Positions 19,931-30,093 of a stretch of DNA of 64,000 nt are shown in pieces. Positions within the stretch are counted from its first letter, which is position 1; each line of letters opens with the position of its first letter. The notes below the pieces were generated by a model, which had not been told where the DNA came from, did not search any database, and was given only the letters and a program-made list of their open reading frames with translations. Where the stretch lies: assembly GCA_963785305.1 (NCBI GenBank), contig CAWAUV010000001.1, positions 128,001-192,000 of the forward strand, written 5' to 3'. The DNA comes from an uncultured Planctomycetaceae bacterium. GTDB taxonomy: Bacteria > Planctomycetota > Planctomycetia > Pirellulales > PALSA-1355. The position numbers were made by a program, and so were the translations under genes.

Positions 19931-21050
19931 ATGACAGCGCCAATTTCAGTGCCAATTTCATCGCCAACTCCCGTCCACGGGGCCCCATCGGTCTCGGAGC
20001 CCGATTCCGCCGAAACGAACTCCGCGGAGCGTCGCTCTTGGGAGCCTCGGCCCGGCGCAACCGGCCGGCGCCGCCCAGCGCACTTGGCGCGAGGAGCTCA
20101 AGGCCGCGGTGCGCGATCCGGCCGAGCTGTGCCGGCTCGTCGGTCTGGAGCATCTCGAACCACGAGCCCATCAAGCGGCGCGGCTGTTTGGACTCTTCGC
20201 CCCGCGGCCGCTCATCGGCCGCATGCGCCATGGCGACGCGCGCGATCCACTCTTGCGGCAAGTGCTGCCGCTCGACGAGGAATGCGCTTCGCCCAGCGGC
20301 TTCTCGGCCGATCCCGTGGGAGACGGCCCGGCGATGCTCACTCCGGGGCTGCTGCAAAAGTATGCTTCCAGGGCGTTGATCGTAGCAACTGGGGCTTGCG
20401 CCGTCCATTGCCGTTACTGCTTTCGCCGGGAGTTTGCCTATGAAGAAACACCCCGCTCGGCCGCTGCTTGGCAGCCGGCGCTCGACCGCATTGCCGCCGA
20501 TAGCAGCCTGAGCGAAGTGATCCTAAGCGGTGGCGATCCGCTCACGCTCGTCGACTCCGCGCTTGCCGAGCTCACCGTTCGCCTAGCCGCGATTCCGCAC
20601 TTGCGGCGGCTGCGTGTCCATACCCGATTGCCGATCATGATTCCGGCGCGGGTCACCGACGAACTGCTCGCTTGGCTGACCACCGGCCGACTCAAGCCTG
20701 TTGTGGTGATCCACGCCAATCATGCGGCGGAGCTCGATTCGCAGGTCGCGGCCGCGGTCGAGCGCCTAAGTCGCGCCGGAGCACTGCTGCTCAATCAGGC
20801 GGTGCTTCTCAAGGGCATCAATGATGACGCCGATACGCTCGTGGCTCTTTCCGAACGGTTGATCGAGATTGGCGTAACACCGTATTACCTGCATCAAATC
20901 GACCGGGTGCGCGGAGCGGCGCACTTCGAAACCCCCGTCGAACATGGCCTTCGACTGATCGCCGAATTGCGGCGTCGCCTGCCGGGCTATGCGACGCCGC
21001 GATATGTTCAAGAAGTCGCCGGGGCCGCGAGCAAAGTGGTGCTTGCTTGA
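19931..21050 (+). CDS. epmB: EF-P beta-lysylation lysine 2,3-aminomutase, radical SAM (frameshift near the N-terminus)
   Basis: DPLLRQVLP, GACAVHCRYCFRR (CxxxCxxC), VILSGGDPL, PYYLHQ.D.V.GAAHF; divergent from efp. Confidence 0.92.
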
Positions 21051-21347
21051 TCTTGGCACGGCCAAGTTCTTGCCGCGGCTTTCCGGCGGCAGGCCGCGAT
21101 TCGTAGCGCGAGCTGGCGACGCCGCCGACGCGGCGTTCCGCGATATGCGCCCGCGCGGAGGCGCTGCGGGATCGCTTCAATCGCTCTCTTCGGGCCATTT
21201 CCTTAGCGAATCGTTAGCCCCAAGTTCCGGCTTATCCCATCTCACGCAGACGGAAAATTCTCCCCATATTGCTTGCTTTTCATGCTATTGTTGGTATGTT
21301 CGTTGGGGAATTCCGGTTACGAAGACCTTAAGGGGAGATTAATTAGC

Positions 21348-22472
21348 ATGAACTTGTCGAATTTCAGGACACTGATCGCGGGCGCCATCCTCGTTGGCGG
21401 AATCGCCGCGGTGTCCGAGGCCCAGGCGGGCTTCCACCATCGTCACGCGTACGGCTATGGCGGCTATGGTTATGGTAGCTGCGGTTCGAGCGGTTACTAC
21501 TATGGCTCGAGCGGTTACTACGGTTCGTCGGGCGGTTACACCGGCTTCGGCGGCTGGGGTTCGGGTGGGTCGAGCGGCGGATGGGCCACTCGCCATCATT
21601 TTGGATCCTACGGCGGCTCCTATGGCTCGTGCGGTGGTTCGTCGGGTGGTTACTACGGCTATGGCTCGTCGGGCGGCTCGTCGGGTGGTTCGTCGGGCTA
21701 CTACTACGGCGGCTCGAGTGGCGGCTCGAGTGGTGGATCGAGCGGCGGCTATTTCAGCGGCTATCCCGCGATGAACGGCGCCCCGGTTATGATGCCGCAA
21801 AACGGCTCGCCGGCGCCGATGCAAACTCCGAACAACATGGTTCCCCCGGCAACGCCGACCCCGCCGGGTCCGAGCCCGACCGCTCCCGCGCCGGCCCCCG
21901 GTCCGACCGATGGTAGCACCACGAGCATCGACCGCGACAGCGTGCTGTTGTCGGTGCATGTGCCGGCCGACGCCAAGGTCTATGTCAATGGGCATCTGAC
22001 CTCGAGCACCGGCGCCGACCGCTCGTTCGTGAGCCGCGGCCTGGTCGAGGGCGGACGCTATACCTATGAAGTTCGCGCCGAGGTGATGGTCAACGGTCAG
22101 CTTGTGACCGACACCCAGAGCGTGCAACTCACCAGCGGCGAAGGCGCCAATCTGGCCTTTGCTCTCAACAATGCCGGCCAATTGCAGGCCAACAGCCCGA
22201 GCATCACCAAGCTCACGTTGCATGTGCCGGCTGGCGCTCGCGTGTTCTTGGCTGGCCAAGAGGCCACCTCGAACGGCGCTGTCCGTGAGTTCACCACCAC
22301 TCGGCTCGCGCCGGGCGAGGTCTGGTCGGACTACACGGTCCGGGCCGAGATCGAGCGCGATGGCCAGATGGTGGTTCGCGAAGCGACGTTGACCTTGGTC
22401 GGCGGCGACTCGAAGGAGCTTACGTTGGATTTCGGCGGCGACGCGACCCCCTCGGTCGCCTCGACTCGCTGA
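21348..22472 (+). CDS. Secreted TIGR03000-domain protein with Gly/Ser/Tyr-rich N-terminal region and two TIGR03000 domains
   Basis: Signal peptide ending AQA; GSSGG repeats; two copies of V.VPA.A.V...G..T.S.G..R.F....L..G..Y.Y.VRAE. Confidence 0.88.
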   Translation: MNLSNFRTLIAGAILVGGIAAVSEAQAGFHHRHAYGYGGYGYGSCGSSGYYYGSSGYYGSSGGYTGFGGWGSGGSSGGWATRHHFGSYGGSYGSCGGSSGGYYGYGSSGGSSGGSSGYYYGGSSGGSSGGSSGGYFSGYPAMNGAPVMMPQNGSPAPMQTPNNMVPPATPTPPGPSPTAPAPAPGPTDGSTTSIDRDSVLLSVHVPADAKVYVNGHLTSSTGADRSFVSRGLVEGGRYTYEVRAEVMVNGQLVTDTQSVQLTSGEGANLAFALNNAGQLQANSPSITKLTLHVPAGARVFLAGQEATSNGAVREFTTTRLAPGEVWSDYTVRAEIERDGQMVVREATLTLVGGDSKELTLDFGGDATPSVASTR

Positions 22473-22547
22473 TGAATGCGAATGTCTCGGCCGCGTCGGA
22501 GCCAAGCGCTCTTGGCGACCGAGTCCCTTTTGGATGTGAATCCTACC

Positions 22548-22582
22548 GCCTCGCCCCGGTTCGCCCGGGGCGAGGTTTTTTT
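22548..22582 (+). terminator. Rho-independent terminator
   Basis: CCTCGCCCCGG-ttcgc-CCGGGGCGAGG followed by TTTTTTT. Confidence 0.8.
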
Positions 22583-22743
22583 ACGCGCGAAGGTATTCCG
22601 CCGAGGCAAGATCGCGGGAACCGCCTTAAAATCAAAGAAATCGGCGAAAGGCTCGCCCTCCGCCTATGCGAATTATTTCGCGCATGCGGCGATCGGGTAG
22701 ATTTATCGCCGGGGGCCGCGGCCGCGGCCGATAGGGAGATGTG

Positions 22744-23382
22744 ATGAAAAACGCGAACCAAAACATCTCGCCCGCGGCGCATGCGGCTTCTCCCCGGCCG
22801 GGCGCGGCGGAGAATGCCGGCCGGGGGCTTTCGCCCGCTTGGCGAGTGACGATCAGCGGCGTTATCGCGCTGCATCTGGCGGCGGTGTTTACCGGCCCCT
22901 GGGCTTTCGCGCCGCTGCATTCCCGCTTGGCCGACGACGCCTACTCGCTGCTGCGGCCCTATATCGAAGTCATGGCCCTGGGCAATGGCTATCGTTTTTT
23001 CGCGCCCGAGCCCGGTCCGAGTCATTTGCTGCACTATGAAATGACCTTGGCCGATGGGAGCCGTCGCGAGGGCGAAATTCCGAATCTCAAGACCGAGTGG
23101 CCGCGACTGCGATACCATCGCCACTTCATGCTGAGCGAGTTCATCAACTCGATCGATGCTCCGGGCGTGAAGAAGGGGCTAGGCGAAAAATACGCCGAGG
23201 GCTTTGCCCATCATTTGGCCGCGGTCAACAACGCGGAGCGCGTCGATCTTTCGCTGCGCCGGCATCGCTTGGCCACGATGGAAGACGCTCGCAAAGGCAT
23301 GGCGCTCACCGATCCCTCGTTGTACGACAATATCCCGCTCGTGACCTGGACCAAGGACGACGCTCCGGAATCGAAGGACTAA
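22744..23382 (+). CDS. SdpA/DUF5819-like membrane-anchored protein
   Basis: N-terminal TM with HL, PY, GYRFFAPEPGP motif; directly upstream of an HTTM gene. Confidence 0.6.
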   Translation: MKNANQNISPAAHAASPRPGAAENAGRGLSPAWRVTISGVIALHLAAVFTGPWAFAPLHSRLADDAYSLLRPYIEVMALGNGYRFFAPEPGPSHLLHYEMTLADGSRREGEIPNLKTEWPRLRYHRHFMLSEFINSIDAPGVKKGLGEKYAEGFAHHLAAVNNAERVDLSLRRHRLATMEDARKGMALTDPSLYDNIPLVTWTKDDAPESKD

Positions 23383-23387
23383 CCCCC

Positions 23388-24476
23388 GTGTCGAGCGTGT
23401 CGAAAACCATCGTGCGCCCCATCGAAGGCGCTTGGGCAATGTGGAACGATTTTTGGTTCCACGGAGCCGACCCGGCCACGTATTCGCTGATGCGCGTGCT
23501 CGGCGGCGCGATGCTGTTTTACACACATCTCGGTTTGGTCGCTCGATTTCGAGGCGTTTTTCGGCCCCGATGGCTGGCTCCCGCCCGAAGCGGTGCGCAT
23601 GCTTCAGCAAGGGACGTATTCTTGGAGCTACTTCTGGTGGCTGCCCACGTCGGGCTGGCGCTGGGCGGCGCATTTGGCGGCGCTCGTCGTCTTCGCGTTG
23701 CTCACGGTCGGATTGTACAGCCGCCTAATGGCCGTGCTCGCGCTTGTGGCCACGCTCAGCTATATCGGCCGTGCGCGCCGGCGCGCTGTTCGGCCTCGAC
23801 CAAATCAACGCGATGCTGGCCCTGTATTTGTGCGTGGGTCCCTCGGGCGCCGAATATTCGCTCGACCGATGGCTTGTCCAGCGCCGCGCCGCCCGGGAAC
23901 ATCGGCCCGCGCCGCCGGTAGCGCCGAGCATCGGCGCCAATATCGCGATTCGCCTTACGCAGCTTCACATGTGCGTGATCTATGCCTTTGCCGGCACATC
24001 GAAACTCATGGGTCCAAGCTGGTGGAATGGCGACGCCATGTGGCAGGCGATGGCCAATCTCGAGTACCAATCGGTCGACATGACCGGCATGGCGCACTGG
24101 CCGCGGCTAATCGCGCTGATGACGCATGTCACCATTTTTTGGGAAGTGTATTACGTGGCGCTCGATCTGGCCGCGGAAGACGCGCTATATCATGCTCGCC
24201 ATGGCCGTGCCGCTGCACTTGGGCATCGGCATTTTTCTGGGCATGATGACCTTCGGCCTCGTGATGCTGATCGCGAACCTCGCGTTTGTCGAACCCCGGT
24301 ATGTGCGCGCGATCATCGATCGACGATGGGCGGCGGCCACGGGCGAGCGCCAACCGGACACGTCGCGGGGAACGTCGAGGACCAAGGGGGCCATGCCCGC
24401 GGCCGATATTTCGAATGGCGCGGGATCAAGCGGCGGAAGCTTGCGACGGCCCACTCCGCGAATGCAAAAGCACTGA
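23388..24476 (+). CDS. HTTM-domain (SdpB / vitamin-K-dependent carboxylase-like) membrane protein, three apparent frameshifts
   Basis: Four consecutive ORF pieces: WNDFWF..ADP, YSLDRW, IRLTQLHMCVIYAFAGTSKL.G.SWWNG.A, LHLGIGIFLGMMTFGLVM. Confidence 0.8.
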
Positions 24477-25235
24477 TCGCGATGCCCATGCCGAGCGGCA
24501 AGCGTGCTCCCCGCGCGGCCCGGCGACCCGAGTGGCCCCGCTACCAGAAACGCCACCAGGGGGCGCCGCCACGGCTTCTTCTCCGCGGCCCACCGGCGAC
24601 GCGGCATATTGGCGCCACTTGGTCACGTCGTTGCCATAGTCCTGCCCGCTCACGAGCTTGAGCGATTCCAGCGCGCGGCGCTGCATGGCCGGGTCGGCGT
24701 CGGCCAAGGCTTCGGCGAGCGCTTTCGCGGCGGTTGGTTCCTTGAGCGTTCCCAGCGCGCGGGCGGCAGCCAGGCGAACATCGAAGTTGCCATCGTTGGT
24801 CAGCGTGTTCGATAGCGGCTCGATCCCATCCTTGCCGCCGCGAATCGACCACGCGCGGCAGCAGGCAATCCGCGTTTCGAAATCTGGATCGCTCAAGCCC
24901 GCCTTGAGCACCTGACCGGAAAGCGCGGTGGGATACACGGCGAGCGCCAGCAAGATGTGACGCCGCACGAGCGGGTCTTGTTTTTCTTTTTCGATCTCCC
25001 GGGCCAGCAGTTCGCAATCTTTTTGCTGTTGCTCGGGCGACTTGGGAGTCTTCTTCTGTTCGTCGCGCAGCTTGTCGATCTCGGCGATGCGCTCATCGGC
25101 TGTCTTGATGCCGACGACATGGTCTTCAGTATACCAAGGCATCTTCTTTTGCAGCGCGCTGCCCTGACAGCCGGTCTCGACGAGACCGAGCGCGAGCGCG
25201 AGCACGGCAAAAACGATGGGTCGACCCGATTTCAT
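24426..25235 (-). CDS. HEAT-repeat (PBS-lyase-like) lipoprotein
   Basis: Signal peptide with TGC; repeats DPLVRRHI..AL, DFETRIAC..AW, NFDVRLAAARALG, DPAMQRRA..SL. Confidence 0.8.
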   Translation of the reverse strand: MKSGRPIVFAVLALALGLVETGCQGSALQKKMPWYTEDHVVGIKTADERIAEIDKLRDEQKKTPKSPEQQQKDCELLAREIEKEKQDPLVRRHILLALAVYPTALSGQVLKAGLSDPDFETRIACCRAWSIRGGKDGIEPLSNTLTNDGNFDVRLAAARALGTLKEPTAAKALAEALADADPAMQRRALESLKLVSGQDYGNDVTKWRQYAASPVGRGEEAVAAPPGGVSGSGATRVAGPRGEHACRSAWASRSVLLHSRSGPSQASAA

Positions 25236-25470
25236 GGACGCGACAACATTTGAAGGCAAAATGGGAGATTTGCCAGATAGGCGGGCGGGACTATATCAGA
25301 TTACGCTCCCGGCCCGCTAGGCGAACTCGAAGCGCCCGGATCGGAATTTGCCCCAATGTCGTCGACGCATCCGGAAGGCGTTCTCGTTCGGATTTGGGCC
25401 TCCGCTATCGGAGAAGGCGCCATGACAGCAAGGAGACGCATCGCCACTTGCCTATCGCTTGGGCAGGCTC

Positions 25471-25734
25471 TCATTCGATCTCAAGCACTTTGCCTTCGTC
25501 GGACACTTCGACCTCGATGATCTTGCCGGATTTGTTCTTGCCGCGAACTTCGTAAAATCCGTCGCCTCGGACCACGTTGTCAAACACCACGTCGGGCATC
25601 GTGGTCTGGGCCACCTTGATGATTTCAGGTGGCACGCTGTCCATCGATACCGAGTGCTTGCTGGTCTTCTTCGCGGTCGGACTGCAACCGAGCGAACAAG
25701 CCACGAACACCGAAAGCCACCATGCCCAGCGCAT
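25471..25734 (-). CDS. Small PepSY-like / beta-lactamase-inhibitor-like lipoprotein
   Basis: SLGC lipobox; VP..I...A....P; YEVRGK..SGK..EVEV..EGKVLEIE; TGATG coupling to the DUF1559 gene. Confidence 0.7.
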   Translation of the reverse strand: MRWAWWLSVFVACSLGCSPTAKKTSKHSVSMDSVPPEIIKVAQTTMPDVVFDNVVRGDGFYEVRGKNKSGKIIEVEVSDEGKVLEIE

Positions 25735-26636
25735 CAATATTCTCCTGATACCACTTCGTTGCCGGTGCGCGTCACCAGCGAGATATAGGTCTGATAGTCG
25801 ATTTCCGCGTCGAGATAGTTCACATGGCCATCGGTAAACAAGAAATTGCACCCTAGGCCATGCAAGCTATAGAACTGGTTGACATCGCCGCCGGGCTCGC
25901 CGGGGCCGGCGCCCTCGCCCGCATGTCCCAAAATCATGCTCGCGCCCGCTTCGGGCACCGGTTGCGCCACGACATTGGCCGGAGACGGAAAAAGCATCGC
26001 GTTCGTCACCGAACCGACCCACGTTGCGTTGCCAAGCACGATCGCCCGCTCGCCCACGGCCAAGGTCGTGCTGCTGCCATCGGTAATGTCTTTCAAGGCG
26101 ATGTCGCTATTGCGATAAAAAACCCCATTGCCGTTGACGCCCGGTTCGCCGGTGCCGAAGACCCCCACATAGTTCGCCGAGGCAACGTCGCAAATCGTTG
26201 GACCCGGCGCGGATCCGGCGGCCGAGCTTTGAGCCGACCAACTGGGCGGAGGCGAGTCCGAGGGACAAAGCAGCGTGGCGATCGCGAGCAGCCGGGCCGT
26301 GTTTTGCGGCGATTCGATCGGCAATTGAAAATGGATGGCGCCGGAAATGGCGCCCTCTTCCAACTGCGGCAGAATTCGAGCGGCCCAACCCCAGCCCGGT
26401 CCCAGATCGTTGCCGTTGGCGTCGACCTGCGAAATATATCCCGCGGGAAATGTTTTCCGCGCTTCCTCGAAATTCAGGAGCGCCAAGCCGATCTGCTTCA
26501 GATTGTTCGCGCAATGAATTCGCCTCGCCGATTCGCGGCTCGCTTGGACCGCGGGCAGCAGCAAAGCGACGAGCACGCCGATGATCGCGACGACCGCCAG
26601 CAATTCGACTAAGGTAAATCCGCGACGCATGGACAT
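25734..26636 (-). CDS. DUF1559 prepilin-type N-terminal methylation domain protein
   Basis: [46 protein letters not shown]9-DG C-terminal motif. Confidence 0.95.
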   Translation of the reverse strand: MSMRRGFTLVELLAVVAIIGVLVALLLPAVQASRESARRIHCANNLKQIGLALLNFEEARKTFPAGYISQVDANGNDLGPGWGWAARILPQLEEGAISGAIHFQLPIESPQNTARLLAIATLLCPSDSPPPSWSAQSSAAGSAPGPTICDVASANYVGVFGTGEPGVNGNGVFYRNSDIALKDITDGSSTTLAVGERAIVLGNATWVGSVTNAMLFPSPANVVAQPVPEAGASMILGHAGEGAGPGEPGGDVNQFYSLHGLGCNFLFTDGHVNYLDAEIDYQTYISLVTRTGNEVVSGEY

Positions 26637-26892
26637 AGTGGGCTCCCTGGGGGAGCACGAAGTTTAGTCGCCGCGGCTGACCCACGTCAAAATAGAATCG
26701 CGTTAGGAAATGGTTAGCGACTTATCCGACGCCTCCTCTTCTCCCCAACCGGGAAAAAAACATGGGGATGGGGGTTCCTGGGGGTTCATGGATATGCTCG
26801 GCCCTTCAAGCCGCCGATCCTAACCGTACTGCCCGATTGGAGTTTGCTCGCCGAGTCGGGCGGATCACGGTGCGCCATGCTATGCTAATAGA

Positions 26893-28093
26893 ATGGTCCC
26901 TAGCCTCGCCGCGCCCTGCGTCCGCAAGTCGATCGTCCAAGGGATATTGCGCGCGACGGTGGCGATCGGCTTGGCGCTTTGCCTATCGTCGCTCGGAAGT
27001 TTGGCCCTAGCGGTCGATCATGTGGCGTTTAAACGCGACGGAAACGCCCGCGAAATCGATGGCCGCCTTTTGGTCACGGCCCAAGACGGCGGCCTGATGC
27101 TCCTGGCCAGCGACGGCGTCTTGTGGCCGATTCAGCCCGAAGAAATCGTCTCGCATACGAAGGACGACGCTCCCTTCAAGCCGCTCTCCGCCGCCCTGCT
27201 CGGCAAGCGGCTTCTGGAAACGCTGCCCGAAGGTTTTGAAATTCACTCCACGACTGCGCTATCTGGTGTGCCACGACACCTCGCGAGAATATGCCCAGTG
27301 GTGCGGTTCGCTGCTCGAGCGGCTCAATCGCGCGTTCGTCAATTTTTGGAACCGCAAGGGATTCGAGCTTCACGAAGCCGAATTTCCGCTGGTCGTCATC
27401 GTGTTCAGCAGCCGCGAAGCGTATATGAAATACGCCACGCTCGAGGTCGGGCCCGCCGCGCGGAACATGATCGGCTACTACAGTCTCGCGACTAATCGAG
27501 TGCTGACCTGCGACCTGACGGAAAGCGATCCGGGGCTCGGCCGCCGCGAGCGCCGCGCCAGCGCCCAGCAGATCAACGAGCTTTTGAGCCAGCCCGATTC
27601 CGAACGCAACGTGGCCACGATCATCCACGAGGCCACGCATCAGGTGGCGTTTAACTCGGGCCTGCAGACTCGCTTCGCCGATATTCCGCTCTGGGTGAGC
27701 GAAGGACTGGCGATCTATTTCGAAACGCCGGACCTCGAAAGCGCCAAGGGATGGCGAACCATGGGCGGGGTGAACTATCCGCGGCTCGAGCGATTCCATG
27801 AATACCTGCCCGCGCGTCCCGCGGAATCGTTGCCGAGCCTGATCGGCGACGACAAGCGAATGCGCGATCCGTCGACGGCGCTCGACGCCTATGCCGAAGC
27901 CTGGGCCCTGAACTATTACCTGCTCCGCCAGCATCCGAAGGAATATCTCGCGTATTTGAAGCGGCTGGCCGCGAAGCCGCCGCTGGTGTGGGACGATCGG
28001 GACGCGCGGCTCGCGGAATTTCGCCAAGCGTTTGGGCCGGACATTGGCCGGGTCGACGATCAATTTCTCCGGCACATGCAGCGAGTGCATTAA
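26893..28093 (+). CDS. DUF1570-domain secreted protein, zincin-like (frameshift near 27250)
   Basis: Signal peptide; IGYY, TIIHEATHQ.AFN.G, PLWVSEGLA.YFE, AYAEAWAL.YYL. Confidence 0.85.
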
Positions 28094-28365
28094 AAGCAGG
28101 ACTTGGCGGCGATCGACGAAAACTCGCGCCTTGGGCGTTGAACATCGAGCGGGCCGGCCTGGGAATCAAGCGGCCCGGCCGCCCGGTCCGGCTCGCGCGC
28201 CGCGAGATTTTTCCCGAGAGCGAAGGTTCGTCGTGTGGCGAAATGGATTTAGGTAAGGTAAATTGGGCTTCACCGCGCCGTGTCGCCCGAATCGAGCCCA
28301 TGACTCGAAATCGCGAGTGACGATCCTCCCCAAACCTTTCGCCGCCTTGGAGCAAAGGACACATC

Positions 28366-29680
28366 ATGCACTCCGCCCCCGGTTCCCATCCCCAGGCTTC
28401 GGCGACCCGCCGCGATTTTCTCAAGGCTTCGAGCCTCGCGGCCGGCGGCGCTTTCGTCGCCGCCGCTCGTCGCTCCGCGCTTTGTGCATGCGGCCGATAG
28501 CCATGTGCTCAAGGTGGGCCTCATCGGCTGCGGCGGCCGAGGCACGGGCGCGGCGATGAATGCCCTCAACGCCGAGAAGGACTTGCCGGCCGACATTCAG
28601 TGCAAAGTCACGGCCTTGGCCGATCTTTTTCCCGAAAGCCTGCAATCCAGCCTCAACAATCTCAAGCAACAAGCCGCCGCGCGAATCGATGTGCCCGCCG
28701 AGCGGCAATTCACCGGCTTCGACGCTTACAAGCAATTATTGGCCACCGATGTCGATGTGGTGCTGCTTGCCACCCCGCCGCACTTTCGACCGATTCATTT
28801 CAAGGCCGCCGTCGAGGCCGGCAAACATGTATTCTGCGAGAAACCGGTGGCGGTCGACGCTCCCGGGGTGCGCTCGGTGCTCGAAACCGCGGAGCTCGCC
28901 AAGCAAAAGAACCTGAGCGTCGTGTCGGGGCTTTGCTATCGCTACGATTTGGCCAAGCAAGAACTGGTCAAGCGGGTGCATGACGGCGCCATCGGCGATA
29001 TTCAAGCGATGCATGTTAGCTACAACACCGGCACCCTCTGGCGCAAGGATCGGAAGCCCGAGTGGAGCGACATGGAATTTCAGCTCCGCAACTGGCTCTA
29101 CTTCACATGGCTTTCGGGCGACTTCAATGTCGAGCAGCATGTGCATAGCCTCGACAAAGCGGCCTGGATCATGCGCGACGAGCCGCCGGCGCGAGCCACC
29201 GGCCTGGGCGGGCGCCAAGTGCGAACCGGCGAGGAATACGGTAATGCCTACGACCACATGGCCGTGGTTTTCGAATACGCCAACGGAGTGCGGCTCTTTT
29301 CCAATTGTCGCCAAATGGCGGGCTGCTCGGTCGATGTGTCGGATCACATCATCGGCACGAAGGGCACGGCCGAAATGATGAAAGGCCGGATCTCCGGGGC
29401 CGACCCCTGGAGCTTTTCGGGCAAGGCGCCCAATATGTACGACGCGGAGCACAAAGCGCTCTTCGAGAGCATTCGCTCGGCCAACCCGATCAACAACGGC
29501 CGGTACATGGCCCAAAGCACGCTGATGGGAATCATGGGCCGCATGTGCTGCTACACCGGCCAGACGCTCACCTGGGACCAATGCCTCAAGAGCAAGGAAG
29601 ACCTCTCGCCGGCGAAGTATGAATTCGGCCCGGCGCCGGTGGCGGTGGTGGCCAAGCCGGGGCTCACGCAGTTCGTGTAG
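28366..29680 (+). CDS. Tat-exported Gfo/Idh/MocA oxidoreductase (frameshift near 28475)
   Basis: TRRDFLK Tat motif after AGGA RBS; GLIGCGGRG, TPPHFRP.H, GKHVFCEKP, EQHVHSLD. Confidence 0.9.
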
Positions 29681-29823
29681 TCGGCAAACGATGTGACGCC
29701 CGAGAAGAGAGCCGCGGGGGAGCGAGGGCGAGGCCCGCTCCGCGCTTCGCGGGGCGAGGTTGCTTCTTCCCGTCGTTTCTTTTTCGCGATGTTCTTTTCG
29801 CGATTCGCCCAAGAAGGAGAAAA

Positions 29824-29896
29824 TAGCCGCGGCGCAACTCGAACGCGCGACATCCAGCTTGTCGAGCTGCGCTCTAACCAACTGAGCTACGCGGCT
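29824..29896 (-). tRNA. tRNA-Val(GAC), non-canonical or carrying sequencing errors
   Basis: Minus strand AGCCGCG TA GCTC AGTTGGTTA GAGC G CAGC TCGACAA GCTG GATGTC GCGCG TTCGAGT TGCGC CGCGGCT A folds as a cloverleaf; A35, C36 and A73 Val identity elements; no encoded CCA. Confidence 0.78.
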
Positions 29897-29976
29897 GCGA
29901 TGGATTTTCTCAACGGGGGCGGCGAGGCCGAGGGACTCGACTCGGGCAATTCGTCGCCTCTACCTGCGACGCGACT

Positions 29977-30005
29977 AATCTACCCGCCCGAACCGAGACC
30001 GTCTA
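29977..30005 (-). promoter_or_regulatory. Putative sigma70-type promoter for the tRNA
   Basis: TAGACG-N17-TAGATT on the minus strand, about 80 nt upstream of the tRNA. Confidence 0.5.
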
Positions 30006-30093
30006 GCGGTTCATTGAAAAATGGAGCCCGCTTTGGCCGGCATAAGCGCGAGGCGCCGATCCGATCGGCGGGCGCCGCGATGCTTCGGCCAGA

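Noticed and set aside
21450..21760. Short tandem repeats that might be a CRISPR array
   Set aside because: They are in-frame Gly/Ser/Tyr codon repeats with no constant repeat-spacer period and no cas genes
26730..26780. Possible third copy of the 77-bp element (TCTCCCC...GGGGATGGGGG); also CTCACCCTAACC near 1685
   Set aside because: No AGCCTATCCGA ends or TTA flanks; too degenerate to support
29913..29990. Second full tRNA upstream of tRNA-Val
   Set aside because: Only a T-loop-like fragment and two hairpins; no D-arm or complete cloverleaf, and part of it overlaps the predicted promoter
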